From a virus: a DNA stretch of 25,779 nt. Below are positions 7,631 to 18,026 of this stretch, piece after piece. The stretch lies in the IMG/VR virus record IMGVR_UViG_3300045988_128600; one strand, written 5' to 3'. The notes beneath the pieces are model-generated. The model searched no databases and was not told the origin of the DNA. It was given only the letters and a program-made list of their open reading frames with translations. Made by a program: the position numbers and the translations under genes. Positions within the stretch are counted from its first letter, which is position 1. Each line of letters begins with the position of its first letter.

Positions 7631-9882
7631 TCTAATGCTCCTGTATGTTTTACTCTTGCTTCAACTTCTTTTTGTTTGCCCCAATTGAAAGCAGTTTTAT
7701 AATTACCTGTAAGATAACCAGTTACACGACGCAATTGTTGGATATTATGGCTCCCGCACACAGGACAAGAATCATTAAACTCGTCACAATAACCACATTC
7801 AAGGCAAGTATCATTAGGAACATTTACTGCGAAATAAGGAATATCGTGGTCCATTGCATAATTAACAATAGTTTCAAGAGCATCAATATTGTGTTTTACA
7901 GTAGAATCAAGTTCAACATAAGTAATACATCCTGCGGATGAATAGCCAGTCAGCTCAGATTCAATATCAATTTTTTCAAACGGACTCATTTCTTTCCACA
8001 CTGGAACATGAATACTATTAGTGAAAAATTCTCTATCACTAACATTAGGAATAATTCCATACCTTTCTTTAAATTTTGTCATAGCAGTATAACATAAATT
8101 TTCTGCGGGTGTATAATAAACTCCAAAATTTAATTTATATTTTTCTTTATACTCGGCGCATCTATCTTTAAATAATTGTTCAATTCGTTTAGCTAATTCC
8201 ATTCCTTCTGAAGTGGTGTGGTCTTTACCAATAAGAATTTGAAGAGTTTCAGCCAAACCTAACTGACCAATAGCAAGAGTTCCATGCTTAAGAGCAGAAC
8301 GAATTCCCTCTTCTGGGATATAGCCTGCCATAACGTTATTTTCATACATAAATTTCGCGGAGCCTGGGTCTTGAGAGCAAATCCACTCAAAACGTTCCAT
8401 TAACTGAATACGTGCTTCATTGATTTTTCTATCGAGTAAAGACATAAATCGTTCTACACCAATTTTAGTCCGTTCTTCTTGGGACAACGATTTATAGTCC
8501 TCCCAATTATCATTTTCATTTAGAGTAACGGCCATCATCGCAAGAGTAGGAAGAATAATAGTAACAGGACAAATATTTCCACGTCCATCTTTAAGCTGAC
8601 CGAATCCATTAATATCCCAACCATTTGCAGTTCTGCATCCCATCGTAGAAAAATAAGTGCGAGGATCATTAATATCATATCCCGCATTACCAGACCAATC
8701 AACATTTGCATAATTAGGATAAAGGCGTCTCGCGGTGCTTTCTAATGCTAATCTATATAAATCATAATTAGGATCACTAGGCTTGCGGTTAACACCTTTC
8801 ATACATTGAAAAATTCCACAAGGAAAAATTGAAGTTTTATGCAATTTACCAAGACCTTCAATAGAAACATCTAATAACGCCTTAGTTACCATTCTGCCTT
8901 CAGGCTTGGTGCAAGTGCCATAATTGATACTTGTAAATGGTAATTGATTACCACTACGAGATTGTAAAGTATTAAGATTATGGTAAAGGCCTTCTGCAGC
9001 TTGATGAGTTTCGCGAGTGGTCATTTTCATAGCGTATTTATATGCTTTTGGAAATGATTTATAAAAATCATCATCAATAGGAGTTTCTTTACTGTAACAA
9101 CCATCATATTTACTCATATCTAATCCTTCATATAAAAATTCAATACCATCATTGAAATGTTTAAAGAAAGATTTTCTTACATAAGGAACCATAGTCCAAT
9201 CTAAGTGAGTAGCACTAACTCCACCAAACTAACAAAGACTTTGGATTTGAAAAATAACAGCAATTAATTGAAACGCTGTATTAATTGAACCCGCAGGACG
9301 AACATCTGCTTGACGAGTATTAAATCCATTAGCAAGCAAATTATCAAAAGGAATACTTAAACAGTTATGAGAACCAACATAATAAGAATCAAGATCGTGA
9401 GTATAAATAATATTATCAATATGATTCTTACGAGCCATAGGGGAAAGTAAGTAATCAAGCGCAAGTTGTTTGGTGACAACACTACTTGCTTCACCTATAC
9501 GGCCACCGAATGAATGTTCATCAACATTAGCATTTTGATTTTTTACATTATTACCATCGAGCTTTTCACGAATTGCTTTAATAAAATCATCTTTTTTATT
9601 ACGAGCAACTTCTTTTTTATATCTATATCTGATATAAGCACGAGCAACATCGCGTCGCTCAGAACGCATTAAATAATCTTCAATCCAATCTTGAAGATCT
9701 TCTACTCCAACACTTCCATCGGGGAAATGATTTATTTGTCTTTCAATGTCTTCCGCAATATCTTTCGCGGTATCATCTTCATATAATTTACCATCAACTT
9801 CAATAAATGCTTTATTTATTGCGTTAATAATTTTCTTTTTATTAAATTGAGTTATACTTCCATCACGTTTAATAATATACAA
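7627..9882 (-). CDS. nrdD: Anaerobic ribonucleoside-triphosphate reductase NrdD (class III RNR), ~751 aa, one in-frame TAG at 9229-9231.
   Basis: Track ORFs 9229..9897 (ATP-cone N-terminus) and 7627..9192 (catalytic core with the C-terminal CxxC…CxxC Zn ribbon and glycyl-radical region) are in the same frame, separated only by TAG (…IQSLC*FGGVSATHLDWTMVPYVRK…). The likely start is the TTG at 9880-9882, 8 nt after GGAGG (MYIIKRDGS…). Confidence 0.8.
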
Positions 9883-9956
9883 TTTTTTTGCCTCCAAACT
9901 AAATATAGTAGTTCTTTTAGAATATTCTATTATATTTAGGTTTTGTTAGTAAATAA

Positions 9957-10532
9957 TTATTTATCTTGGTCCATTTCCGCCCATTGCTTAACTTTTTGAG
10001 TTAAAAGATTAACAATATTATTATAATCTTCCAATGTTTCATTTGCCACAATATTGCACTTAATATCATTCATTAGCTGAAATTGAATTTCATCAGTAGT
10101 ATATCTTCTAATGATTTCATTTACATCAGGATTTTTTTCTCTATTTAATTGCCTAATTAAGCGAGTTTTTCCTTTTGCAGTGATATAATATATCTCCAAT
10201 TCAATTCTATCATCTTTAAGAAGACTTATAATTCCTTCGGGATTAAAAACACCAATATTAACTTTACTGTCAGACAAACTATCAATACTTGTGCCATAAT
10301 ACCAATTATTAAAAGAAGTGGTTTCTAACATTTTATTTTCATCAATTAAAGTTAAAAACTGATCATCTGAAACAAAATGATAATTTTTGTCTGCTATTTC
10401 TTTTTCACGCTTTGGGCGCGTAGTGTGGCTTATAATAGGATTTAGATATTCCTCTAAGCGGGAAAAGGTAGCCATCATTAGGCTATCTTTTCCTGCACCA
10501 GATTTTCCACATAATGCAATAATTTTATACAT
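9957..10532 (-). CDS. Nucleoside/nucleotide monophosphate kinase (guanylate-kinase-like P-loop kinase).
   Basis: Walker A GKSGAGKDS and the guanylate-kinase TTRPKREKE motif are present. The likely start is the ATG at 10530-10532, preceded by AAGGAGGaattgaagaag. Confidence 0.65.
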   Translation of the reverse strand: MYKIIALCGKSGAGKDSLMMATFSRLEEYLNPIISHTTRPKREKEIADKNYHFVSDDQFLTLIDENKMLETTSFNNWYYGTSIDSLSDSKVNIGVFNPEGIISLLKDDRIELEIYYITAKGKTRLIRQLNREKNPDVNEIIRRYTTDEIQFQLMNDIKCNIVANETLEDYNNIVNLLTQKVKQWAEMDQDK

Positions 10533-13500
10533 CTTCTTCAATTCCTCCTTGATAACGAGCATCTTTTAAAACTAAATCGCCATTGGATAAAATTTCATCA
10601 ATTTTATATAATTGATGCCCTCCAGAAGAAGCATATTTTTTTGACATGAAATTATCTCCATTACGAATTCCAGAGACTACGATCATATTTCCACGATTAA
10701 ACCAAGATTTTTCAACAATATGTTTAGTTCCGTCTGCCCCGCGCTCTGAAATTTGTTTATCAAATAAACTAAAATATTCTTTTCTAAACTTTACTTCTAC
10801 AGGACCAGTAGTAGTAAGAATGGTTACAGTGCTTTTAGTTTTATTTTTGGCAATACAAGTTCCGCAAATTTTAAATAACTTATAAATATGAATAGTATGA
10901 TTTCCTTTAGTAAAACTTCTATCAACTATTGGATCTTCTGGAAGCTTAAAGAAATCTACAAATCCGTATTTATCATTGTTAATATTATTCAATTCATGAG
11001 TATGATAATAATAACAAAGAACTTCCATTTCCCAAGCGGATAAATTATTTTTATTAGCGTATTTATCCCAATCATCTTTAAATATTTTTATATTCAGATT
11101 ATTCAAAATTTCATCTTTATTATTAGCAATCCAAGTGCGGAATATGTCCATCCACTTTTGATATATACTATTCCAAACATTTTCACTTAAAGAATAATTA
11201 GTTCCATCAAATTGAATATTATTATCTTCTCCAATTTCTACTAAGAAATTAATTGCTCGTTCATCAAGTTGATATAGACCATTATTTTTTGTAGTTTTAC
11301 AAATTGCTTTTAAATATCTATTAAATTCATAAATACGGCGAGCCATAATTTGATTTTCATTTTCTTCTGGAAGAAGATCATATTTCATAAGTCCGCCCAT
11401 ATTTTGAAGAGTAATTCTTTTCTTTTTGTCGCAAGTTTCCCAAATATACCAAATCATTAATTCTTTTCTATCCATCATATTATCAAAGGCTCCACCTTTA
11501 ATAAGAGAAATCATAGCTTGTTTACCTGGTTTAATACGGTATAAAAATTCTTTAGGATTTGAATAAGGACGATTGGCAATAATTGTATTAACTAATTCAT
11601 CACCAACATTTAGCATACCTTTTAATCCGAAAAGGATTTTATTATTTTCAATATCAGGAGCAAATCCAAATTTAGATTTATTAATATCAGGAAGACCTAC
11701 TTTAATTCCTGCTTTTTGAATATCACTAATAGCCTTAGCAATTTTTCCATAATCAGTAGCCGCTGTTTTGCGGATTTTGCCACTTTTGTCAGGAAGATCT
11801 TCAAATGTTACTCCATTAGCTAAATCATCACCTTCAGGAGCATAAATATCTACAATCTCTTCTTCGCTATTATCTTCAAGGGAACCACTATTAACAATTA
11901 AGCAAGCAGTATCCCAATAGATAGGATTAAAATGAATTACTAAGTAAATCATTTGAATTGCTACAAATGAATAAGGAAGGGAGTGATTAAGGCTAAATGC
12001 ATATCCTAATTGAGGAGCAACTGCAATTTCCCAAAAGTATTCGGCAGATTTTTCATTATCAAATTTACTAAATACTTGTTCTCTCAATTGTGGAATTTCA
12101 GCCATTTGTTTTTTAGCAACAATCTTACGCGCCGTATTAGCTTCACCAAGAGTAAAATGAGCTACATCCATAAGGATTTCCATCATTTGCTCTTGAATAG
12201 GACAACATCCATAATATTTATCACAATGTTTATGCATCTTATCAATTAATTCTTGTGGAAGATGTTGAGCCTTCATTTCATCATCAAATACTTTAATACC
12301 TGAATGTTGAATGCGATAATATCTATCTTGCTGTGATTCTTTACCTTTTTCAGACATAAGACGCATCATAGCGTTTGCCGCCGTCATTTCCATAGGGTCT
12401 TGGGGTTTAAGACGTTTCGCAATTGCCAAACCAACTCCCGTAGAAAATTGGAATACATCTAATACATCACCAGCAGCAAGGTGGTCCCAAATTGCTTGGT
12501 CAGTTGTATCTATTACTTCTGGATGAATATATTTATTATAAAATTCTCGTAAAGATAATTCTGGAATTTGCTTATCTTTTAGAAGTAATTGATAACAAGT
12601 AATAATTTTATCAGAAGCTTCAGTTACAAGGAAGTCATATTTTGTATCTCCCGCGGCTTCCGCTTTATGAAGATCCCAACAAGTAATCATATCTCCACTA
12701 GGAGTTCTCATAAATGATGCTGTATCAAATGGATCGTCACCATACAAAATAACGCCAGAAGCATGAGAAGAACGTTTATTAACCATTCCTTCAATATATA
12801 CAATAATATCTAAAAGACCAGGATATTGGTTTACTTCTCGAATAAATGCTTGAACGGGCTTACGGTCTTTTTCTTCATTACCATAAATAACATCATGGAT
12901 AGGCCATAAAAATCCACGTTCTTGGGGAATTAATGAAGACATATATTGAGCATTATCAACATCAATTCCTTCTGGGAATTCTTCACTTCTATATCCACGG
13001 CAAGCAGTTAAAATACTTTGTTTAGTGCCTTCAGTTCCAAATGTAGCAACTTGAACCAATCCCAATTCTCCGCGTTCTTTTCTAATTGCTTTGAAAATCG
13101 CGGGACGTTTACTTGGGGCAAGGTCAATATCAATATCAGGCAATTCCGCGCGCTCCTTATTTAAAAATCTCCAATAAGGAAGTCCCCAACGAATTGGGTC
13201 TAATTGAGTAATGCCTAAAAGATAATTAGATAAAAAGCCAGTTGCTGAACCACGTCCAGGACCTACAATACTTCCACATTCCCAAAATAAATTAATATAA
13301 TGTTGAAAAGTATTAAAATAAGCAAAAAGACAATCATCTAATTTTTCGCCAATATCTTTTATGATATCAGCTTCAATTTCAAGTCGCTCTAAATAATTTT
13401 TATTATCATAAAGTTGCTTTTCTTGTAAAGCTTTAATACATTCATTTGCCCAATACCGTTCTTGAATATTGTCGCTATTAATTAAAGAACAGATAATTGG

Positions 13501-14538
13501 ATATTTATCAAACCATTCTGAAGGAATAAATCCTTTCTTATAATCCTTTACTTCAACTTTTGGAATAATTTGTTTTCTTTCTAATGAATAAAAAGAAATT
13601 TTATTTTGGATCTCTTGAGTGTTATCAAGAATCCAATTTATCAATTCTTTTCCTGTTTTATTATCTTTATCCCAATCATTAGCATAAGGTTCCATTAATT
13701 CAAAAATTTCATCACTTGTCATTAAGTAAGTAAATTTATAAAAATCGTCAACTTCTCTTTCTCCTGGCTTAGAAGTAAGATATGCTTTATGAATGGGTCT
13801 ATCTTCTTTAGTTAAATAATGCGCATCTGTTCCAACTACCATTTTTAAATCAAACGCCTTGGCGATTTGATAAATTTTATGATTTACAATTATTTGCTCA
13901 GCGTCAGTAGATGGCGCACATTCAAGATAAAAATCATCTTTTCCAAATACTTTAATACAAAAATTAATATAATCAATTATTTGATTATAATATTTAGTTT
14001 GAGTTTCAATATCTTTATTTAATTCAGCTTGGAACATTGGTAAAATACAGCTACCAAGTTCTCCACCAATACAAGCAGTTGTTGCTATAACATGCCCTTT
14101 ATATTGTTCCATTACCATTTCAAGCTCACTTTTTAAAGTAGGAACTCGTTCCATACGTCTATCAACATAACTATGAATCCAAGCAATAGAACTTAATTCT
14201 CTTAATGCTTTATGTCCGATGGCATCTTTAGCAATAAGAATAAAGTGGTAATATTTTTGTCCATTATCTCTTGTATCAGTGAGATAAATTTCATTACCAA
14301 GAGCAATAGTAAAATCAGGATTTTCTTCTCTTATTTTTTTTGCATATTGATTTACTTCCATATGCGCAGAAAGGCATTCATGGTCTGTAATAGTTATTCC
14401 TGATAGGCCTAATTCTATCGCTTTGTCAATAAGAGCTTGTGGTCTATTAATACAATCTAATAGACGTAAATTTGAATACATTGTATGATTGTGAATCCCG
14501 AAATATGATCTCATTCGCACATTCCTTTCATCTTTCAT
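10525..14538 (-). CDS. dnaE: DNA polymerase III alpha subunit (DnaE-type, N-terminal PHP domain), 1337 aa with no in-frame TAG.
   Basis: The PHP motif FGIHNHTMYS…GITITDHECLSAH and the length are typical of the alpha subunit. Track ORF. The true start may be the internal Met (MRSYFGIHNH) at ~14514. Confidence 0.85.
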   Translation of the reverse strand: MKDERNVRMRSYFGIHNHTMYSNLRLLDCINRPQALIDKAIELGLSGITITDHECLSAHMEVNQYAKKIREENPDFTIALGNEIYLTDTRDNGQKYYHFILIAKDAIGHKALRELSSIAWIHSYVDRRMERVPTLKSELEMVMEQYKGHVIATTACIGGELGSCILPMFQAELNKDIETQTKYYNQIIDYINFCIKVFGKDDFYLECAPSTDAEQIIVNHKIYQIAKAFDLKMVVGTDAHYLTKEDRPIHKAYLTSKPGEREVDDFYKFTYLMTSDEIFELMEPYANDWDKDNKTGKELINWILDNTQEIQNKISFYSLERKQIIPKVEVKDYKKGFIPSEWFDKYPIICSLINSDNIQERYWANECIKALQEKQLYDNKNYLERLEIEADIIKDIGEKLDDCLFAYFNTFQHYINLFWECGSIVGPGRGSATGFLSNYLLGITQLDPIRWGLPYWRFLNKERAELPDIDIDLAPSKRPAIFKAIRKERGELGLVQVATFGTEGTKQSILTACRGYRSEEFPEGIDVDNAQYMSSLIPQERGFLWPIHDVIYGNEEKDRKPVQAFIREVNQYPGLLDIIVYIEGMVNKRSSHASGVILYGDDPFDTASFMRTPSGDMITCWDLHKAEAAGDTKYDFLVTEASDKIITCYQLLLKDKQIPELSLREFYNKYIHPEVIDTTDQAIWDHLAAGDVLDVFQFSTGVGLAIAKRLKPQDPMEMTAANAMMRLMSEKGKESQQDRYYRIQHSGIKVFDDEMKAQHLPQELIDKMHKHCDKYYGCCPIQEQMMEILMDVAHFTLGEANTARKIVAKKQMAEIPQLREQVFSKFDNEKSAEYFWEIAVAPQLGYAFSLNHSLPYSFVAIQMIYLVIHFNPIYWDTACLIVNSGSLEDNSEEEIVDIYAPEGDDLANGVTFEDLPDKSGKIRKTAATDYGKIAKAISDIQKAGIKVGLPDINKSKFGFAPDIENNKILFGLKGMLNVGDELVNTIIANRPYSNPKEFLYRIKPGKQAMISLIKGGAFDNMMDRKELMIWYIWETCDKKKRITLQNMGGLMKYDLLPEENENQIMARRIYEFNRYLKAICKTTKNNGLYQLDERAINFLVEIGEDNNIQFDGTNYSLSENVWNSIYQKWMDIFRTWIANNKDEILNNLNIKIFKDDWDKYANKNNLSAWEMEVLCYYYHTHELNNINNDKYGFVDFFKLPEDPIVDRSFTKGNHTIHIYKLFKICGTCIAKNKTKSTVTILTTTGPVEVKFRKEYFSLFDKQISERGADGTKHIVEKSWFNRGNMIVVSGIRNGDNFMSKKYASSGGHQLYKIDEILSNGDLVLKDARYQGGIEEDV

Positions 14539-14547
14539 TTATATTTA

Positions 14548-14576
14548 TATAATATCATATTATTTAATAATAATCA
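14548..14576 (-). promoter_or_regulatory. Promoter on the - strand upstream of dnaE: TTGATT-17-TATTAT with a TG-extended -10.
   Basis: The - strand reads TTGATTattattaaataatatgaTATTATataaatataaATGAA. The -10 is at + 14548-14553 and the -35 at + 14571-14576. A 21-nt block containing the -10 is repeated at 17472-17492. Confidence 0.5.
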
Positions 14577-14793
14577 AATCGAGAGATATAATTATCGCAT
14601 ATACTACGAATATCTTTTAAAAAATCAGCAAATTCTCTTGACCGAGATGATATCTTATGCATATTATCACGAACCATAGAATTTAACATATCTAATTCTA
14701 CATTTAAGTCATGGGTAAAAAGTTCTAAATTAGAATTTAAATCCTAAGCTAAATCCGCGTCCTTAAGAAACATATTATTTTCAAGTATAGCAT
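14563..14793 (-). CDS. Hypothetical small protein, 76 aa, one in-frame TAG.
   Basis: An ATG-to-TAA frame on the - strand becomes visible only when TAG is treated as sense (MLYLKIICFLRDADLA*DLNSNLELFTHDLNVELDMLNSMVRDNMHKISSRSREFADFLKDIRSICDNYISRFDYY). There is no obvious SD. Confidence 0.35.
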
Positions 14794-14810
14794 TAATACT
14801 TGAATTTAAA

Positions 14811-15455
14811 TTAGATGTATCTACCATTATTTTCTTCGTCTCCTTGAACTTTAAATTCAGTATCATAAATACTATTAAATATATCTACGATAATATAAAA
14901 AAGACATCTTAAATGAGGTGGAATCCATTGAGGGGATAGACAAATAAACAATTCATCAGGAGCATCAATTGTTTCTAAATTACATTCTATAATAGGAGTA
15001 GAAGAAAAATTAAATTTTCTATCTTCTGGATAATTAGTTGAATCTTCATTTCTAATCCAAACATAATTTTCTAATTTGCCTTCTTCAGATAGATATTTTA
15101 CCCAATTTCCACAATTTAAATCTTCAATTTTATTTTCAATGTCTTTATCTGTATAAGCGATATCATGATGATGATCTATATTAATTAAAGATATAGTATC
15201 ATTTATATTCTTATCAACATAAGTAGCAATCATTTCATGTGAAACAATGAAATGAATGTTTTCTTTTTTCATACTTTTACTTAATTTTAATAAAAGTTGT
15301 AAAAGCCTTTTAAAATGGATGTAATCGGGTTTAGCAAATTTTAAAATTTCAAAATGAGAACATAATGCTTCCCAATCATCAGTTGAATAATTATTGTAAA
15401 GTTGAATACAAGGAGACATTATAATATCAAAATCTATTGATAATATTTTTTTCAT
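14811..15455 (-). CDS. Hypothetical protein, 214 aa.
   Basis: Track ORF between the helicase and dnaE, ending with a true TAA stop. No family recognised. Confidence 0.5.
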   Translation of the reverse strand: MKKILSIDFDIIMSPCIQLYNNYSTDDWEALCSHFEILKFAKPDYIHFKRLLQLLLKLSKSMKKENIHFIVSHEMIATYVDKNINDTISLINIDHHHDIAYTDKDIENKIEDLNCGNWVKYLSEEGKLENYVWIRNEDSTNYPEDRKFNFSSTPIIECNLETIDAPDELFICLSPQWIPPHLRCLFYIIVDIFNSIYDTEFKVQGDEENNGRYI

Positions 15456-15458
15456 TTA

Positions 15459-16658
15459 TTACTTCCTTATAATTACTAATTTATCGCTAGCCCTAGTAGC
15501 CATAGTATATAAATACTTTTTATGTTCTTCTCGATCAAAAGGATGATTTTCTTCAAATCCTAACACTTTTCCATACTCGCTACCTTGCGCTTTCCAACAG
15601 GTAATAGCGTAAGCATAGGAGAAATCAAGTGGAGGATCGAGGCATTGTTTATTATTTCTTAATTGATAGCATTGGCTACCTGTAAGAGTCCCTTCACCGG
15701 TGATAAGTTGTTTATAATCAATTGGAGTCCCACAAAATTTATCTCCATCGCTTAAAACAATTTGAGTAAACATATAAGTAATAGGAACTTCTGAAATATA
15801 ATAAGGGACTCGAATGTCTTCAGTATAAAAATCTTCAATAGTTCCAACAGTGCCATTAGTTAAAGCCCATACTCGATTCTCAGACATGAAATCCCAGTTA
15901 TTATGTAATCCAATAATTTTATCTCCAATTTGAGGGACATTAGGATCAAATCCTTTTCTTAATCGGACTGCATTATTAATTTTAGTTCTTGTGACATTTT
16001 TAGCACAAATAATCTAATCTGCCCAATCATACATTTCAGGTATAACTTGACTTTTATCATATACTCTTACTTGTTTTCCTTCTGGACGATAAGAAATTAA
16101 AGATTTGCCTTCTCTAATCCACATTGAGAAACGAATAATTTCACTATCTTGCGCTTGACGCATAATTTCATCGAGAAAAATATGTGGTTTATCTAATACA
16201 TGATTATTTTCATTAGGATCTACAGGAGGTAATTGGCCTGGATCGCCGGCCGCAATAATATAAATACCATGGGTTAGCATTAAGTCCCATAATTTTTTAG
16301 GAAGCATTGATACTTCATCGACAACAATTACTTTATATTGGGCCAATTCACTATTGTCTTTTGGAAAAAATTTAAAAGTTCCATTAGCCATCATTTTAGC
16401 TTTATATAAAAGTTTATGCGCGGTTGTCGCATTCGGGCAACCCTTTTGTTGAAGCACAGTCGCAGCTTTACCTGTAAATGCTACATAACAAACTTCTTCT
16501 TCTGGATCAACATCAAGAGCAGAAATAATAAATTTAATCAAAGTGCTCTTTCCGCTTCCCGCGTATCCCGCTATACAAGTCCAACGCTCATGGGCGTAAT
16601 AGCGCTCAACCGCAATTTTCAATCCTTCTTCTTGTTTACGAGTTAATTCCATTTTCAC
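15459..16658 (-). CDS. SF1B helicase (Dda/RecD-like), ~399 aa, one in-frame TAG at 16014-16016.
   Basis: Track ORFs 16014..16658 (Walker A GYAGSGKST, Walker B VVDEVSML, AGDPGQLPPV) and 15459..15887 (motif VI YTMATRASDKL) are in the same frame. The intervening 126 nt are open except for a single TAG. RBS GGAGagtgtgaaa is present. Confidence 0.75.
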
Positions 16659-16800
16659 ACTCTCCAGGGTTTAATCTATAATATTTATTTTCATCAGCTA
16701 TAAAATAATCACAAGCCCATTTTAATGTTCCATAAACACCTGTCGTATGTCTATCTATATTATCTAATTTAGAAATTAATTCTTGAGCTTTATTATAATA

Positions 16801-16840
16801 AGAACAATTTTCATAATTAGAACAATAATTACATTGTTCT
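16801..16840. repeat. Three copies of the 8-mer AGAACAAT, two direct (16801-08, 16819-26) and one inverted (ATTGTTCT, 16833-40). They sit in a start-codon-less region upstream of the helicase gene and may be iterons or operator sites.
   Basis: Seen directly in the sequence. GAACAATgtaattATTGTTC also forms a 7-bp palindrome. Confidence 0.4.
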
Positions 16841-16856
16841 TTCCAGTAAATCCACG

Positions 16857-17135
16857 TTAATCATGTTCTCCAATTGCTTCATTAAGAATTTGGTAAAAAC
16901 GTATACAATCTCTTTCATAAAGGTCTCTAGCCGCGTTTTCAGCTTCTCTTTTAGAATATCCTTTACTATTAATATACATTTCAATATCTTCCTTCATAGC
17001 TTTATAGCGGGCTAATTGATATCTATAACAAAGACTATCATATATATAACCTTTAGTATGTTTTTCTCTTTCTTCAAAAAATTCTAAACTATTATCATAT
17101 TTATGAGCTTTATCAACCATTTCTTTTAAATCCAT
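16857..17135 (-). CDS. Hypothetical protein, 92 aa.
   Basis: Track ORF. RBS AAAGAGGtataaaat is present. It ends with a true TAA stop. Confidence 0.5.
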   Translation of the reverse strand: MDLKEMVDKAHKYDNSLEFFEEREKHTKGYIYDSLCYRYQLARYKAMKEDIEMYINSKGYSKREAENAARDLYERDCIRFYQILNEAIGEHD

Positions 17136-17138
17136 ATT

Positions 17139-17453
17139 TTATACCTCTTTAAAATCAACATCTTCGGGTTCATCTATATCAAATAATTCAAATAACATTG
17201 GGATAGTTGCAACACAAGCATTAACTTCATCATTACAACAATTATTTAAAAAATTCGAGGTAACAATACCTGCTACAAAACAAGCAAAATCTTTATGATT
17301 CTAATTAAATTTTTTTACAAGAGATTCTAACTCTTCTTCGTTTAAAGAAAGTAAATAATCCTTTGAAAATTGTTTCTAATATTTAGTTAAATAACTATTC
17401 CATTCTATATAAGACCTTAAAATCTTTTTATAACATAAAGATGGACTACCCAT
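17139..17453 (-). CDS. Hypothetical Cys-rich protein, ~104 aa, 2 in-frame TAGs.
   Basis: The - strand frame ATG…(MGSPSLCYKKILRSYIEWNSYLTKY*KQFSKDYLLSLNEEELESLVKKFN*NHKDFACFVAGIVTSNFLNNCCNDEVNACVATIPMLFELFDIDEPEDVDFKEV)…TAA ends 2 nt before the RBS of the next gene. The reading requires TAG to be sense. Confidence 0.45.
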
Positions 17454-17485
17454 AATATTTTTCTTCTTTCTTCATTTATATTTAT

Positions 17486-17514
17486 ATAATACCATATTTT
17501 AATTATTTAGTCAA
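17486..17514 (-). promoter_or_regulatory. Promoter on the - strand: TTGACT-17-TATTAT with a TG-extended -10.
   Basis: The - strand reads TTGACTaaataattaaaatatggTATTATataaatataaATGAAg. The -35 is at + 17509-17514 and the -10 at + 17486-17491. It shares a 21-nt block with the dnaE promoter. Confidence 0.55.
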
Positions 17515-17516
17515 AT

Positions 17517-17963
17517 TTAGAATATAATAAAGTCATTATCTGTATTGTCAGCTTTAATTATCATAGGTGGTCCAAAAGAAATAGTTTTTGTGCGTGGCTG
17601 ATTAGATTCAGAAAAAATTTCAGATTTAAGTTTTTCCCCAAAAATTTCTAAATCACTTTTTTCATTTGACTTGTCGGTTTCTTCGCCTGTTCCCGGCCCG
17701 AGCAACCACCCTTCTTCTTTATAACCAGTGGTAGAAGCTTTAATCCATAAATCTGCGATTTCATCTAATACCTTGAACAAATCATCTTTAGAAGAAATTC
17801 CCAGTTCATTTAATTGTTTATTTATTCTATTATTCACTTCATTATATGTATACCCATATGACCCTAAAGATTCTAAAATCTCGTGCAGGACTTCACCACT
17901 TTTTTGTGGAGTTGCCTAATATACCATATTAATGTCATCAGCATAATAATTAAGTTTTTCCAT
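17517..17963 (-). CDS. Hypothetical protein, 148 aa, one in-frame TAG.
   Basis: Track ORF 17517..17837 extends in frame through a TAG to the ATG at 17961-17963, which is preceded by the RBS atGGAGtagatt. The full length is 447 nt, divisible by 3. Confidence 0.5.
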
Positions 17964-18026
17964 AATCTACTCCATAAATGAAAATAATGGCTATATGAAG
18001 AAATAAATCTTCATATAGCCGTAAAA

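Noticed and set aside
9193-9231. Possibility that the nrdD and helicase splits are frameshifts, pseudogenes or intein/intron insertions
   Set aside because: In both cases the two halves share the same frame and the gap contains a single stop, which is TAG. No intein or intron-sized insert is present, and the pattern recurs in other genes, so recoding is the simpler explanation.
16857-17135. -1 programmed frameshift joining the 16857 gene to the start-less open frame downstream
   Set aside because: The junction (GAT-TAA-CGT) has no slippery heptamer or downstream pseudoknot. It is reported only as an unexplained open frame.
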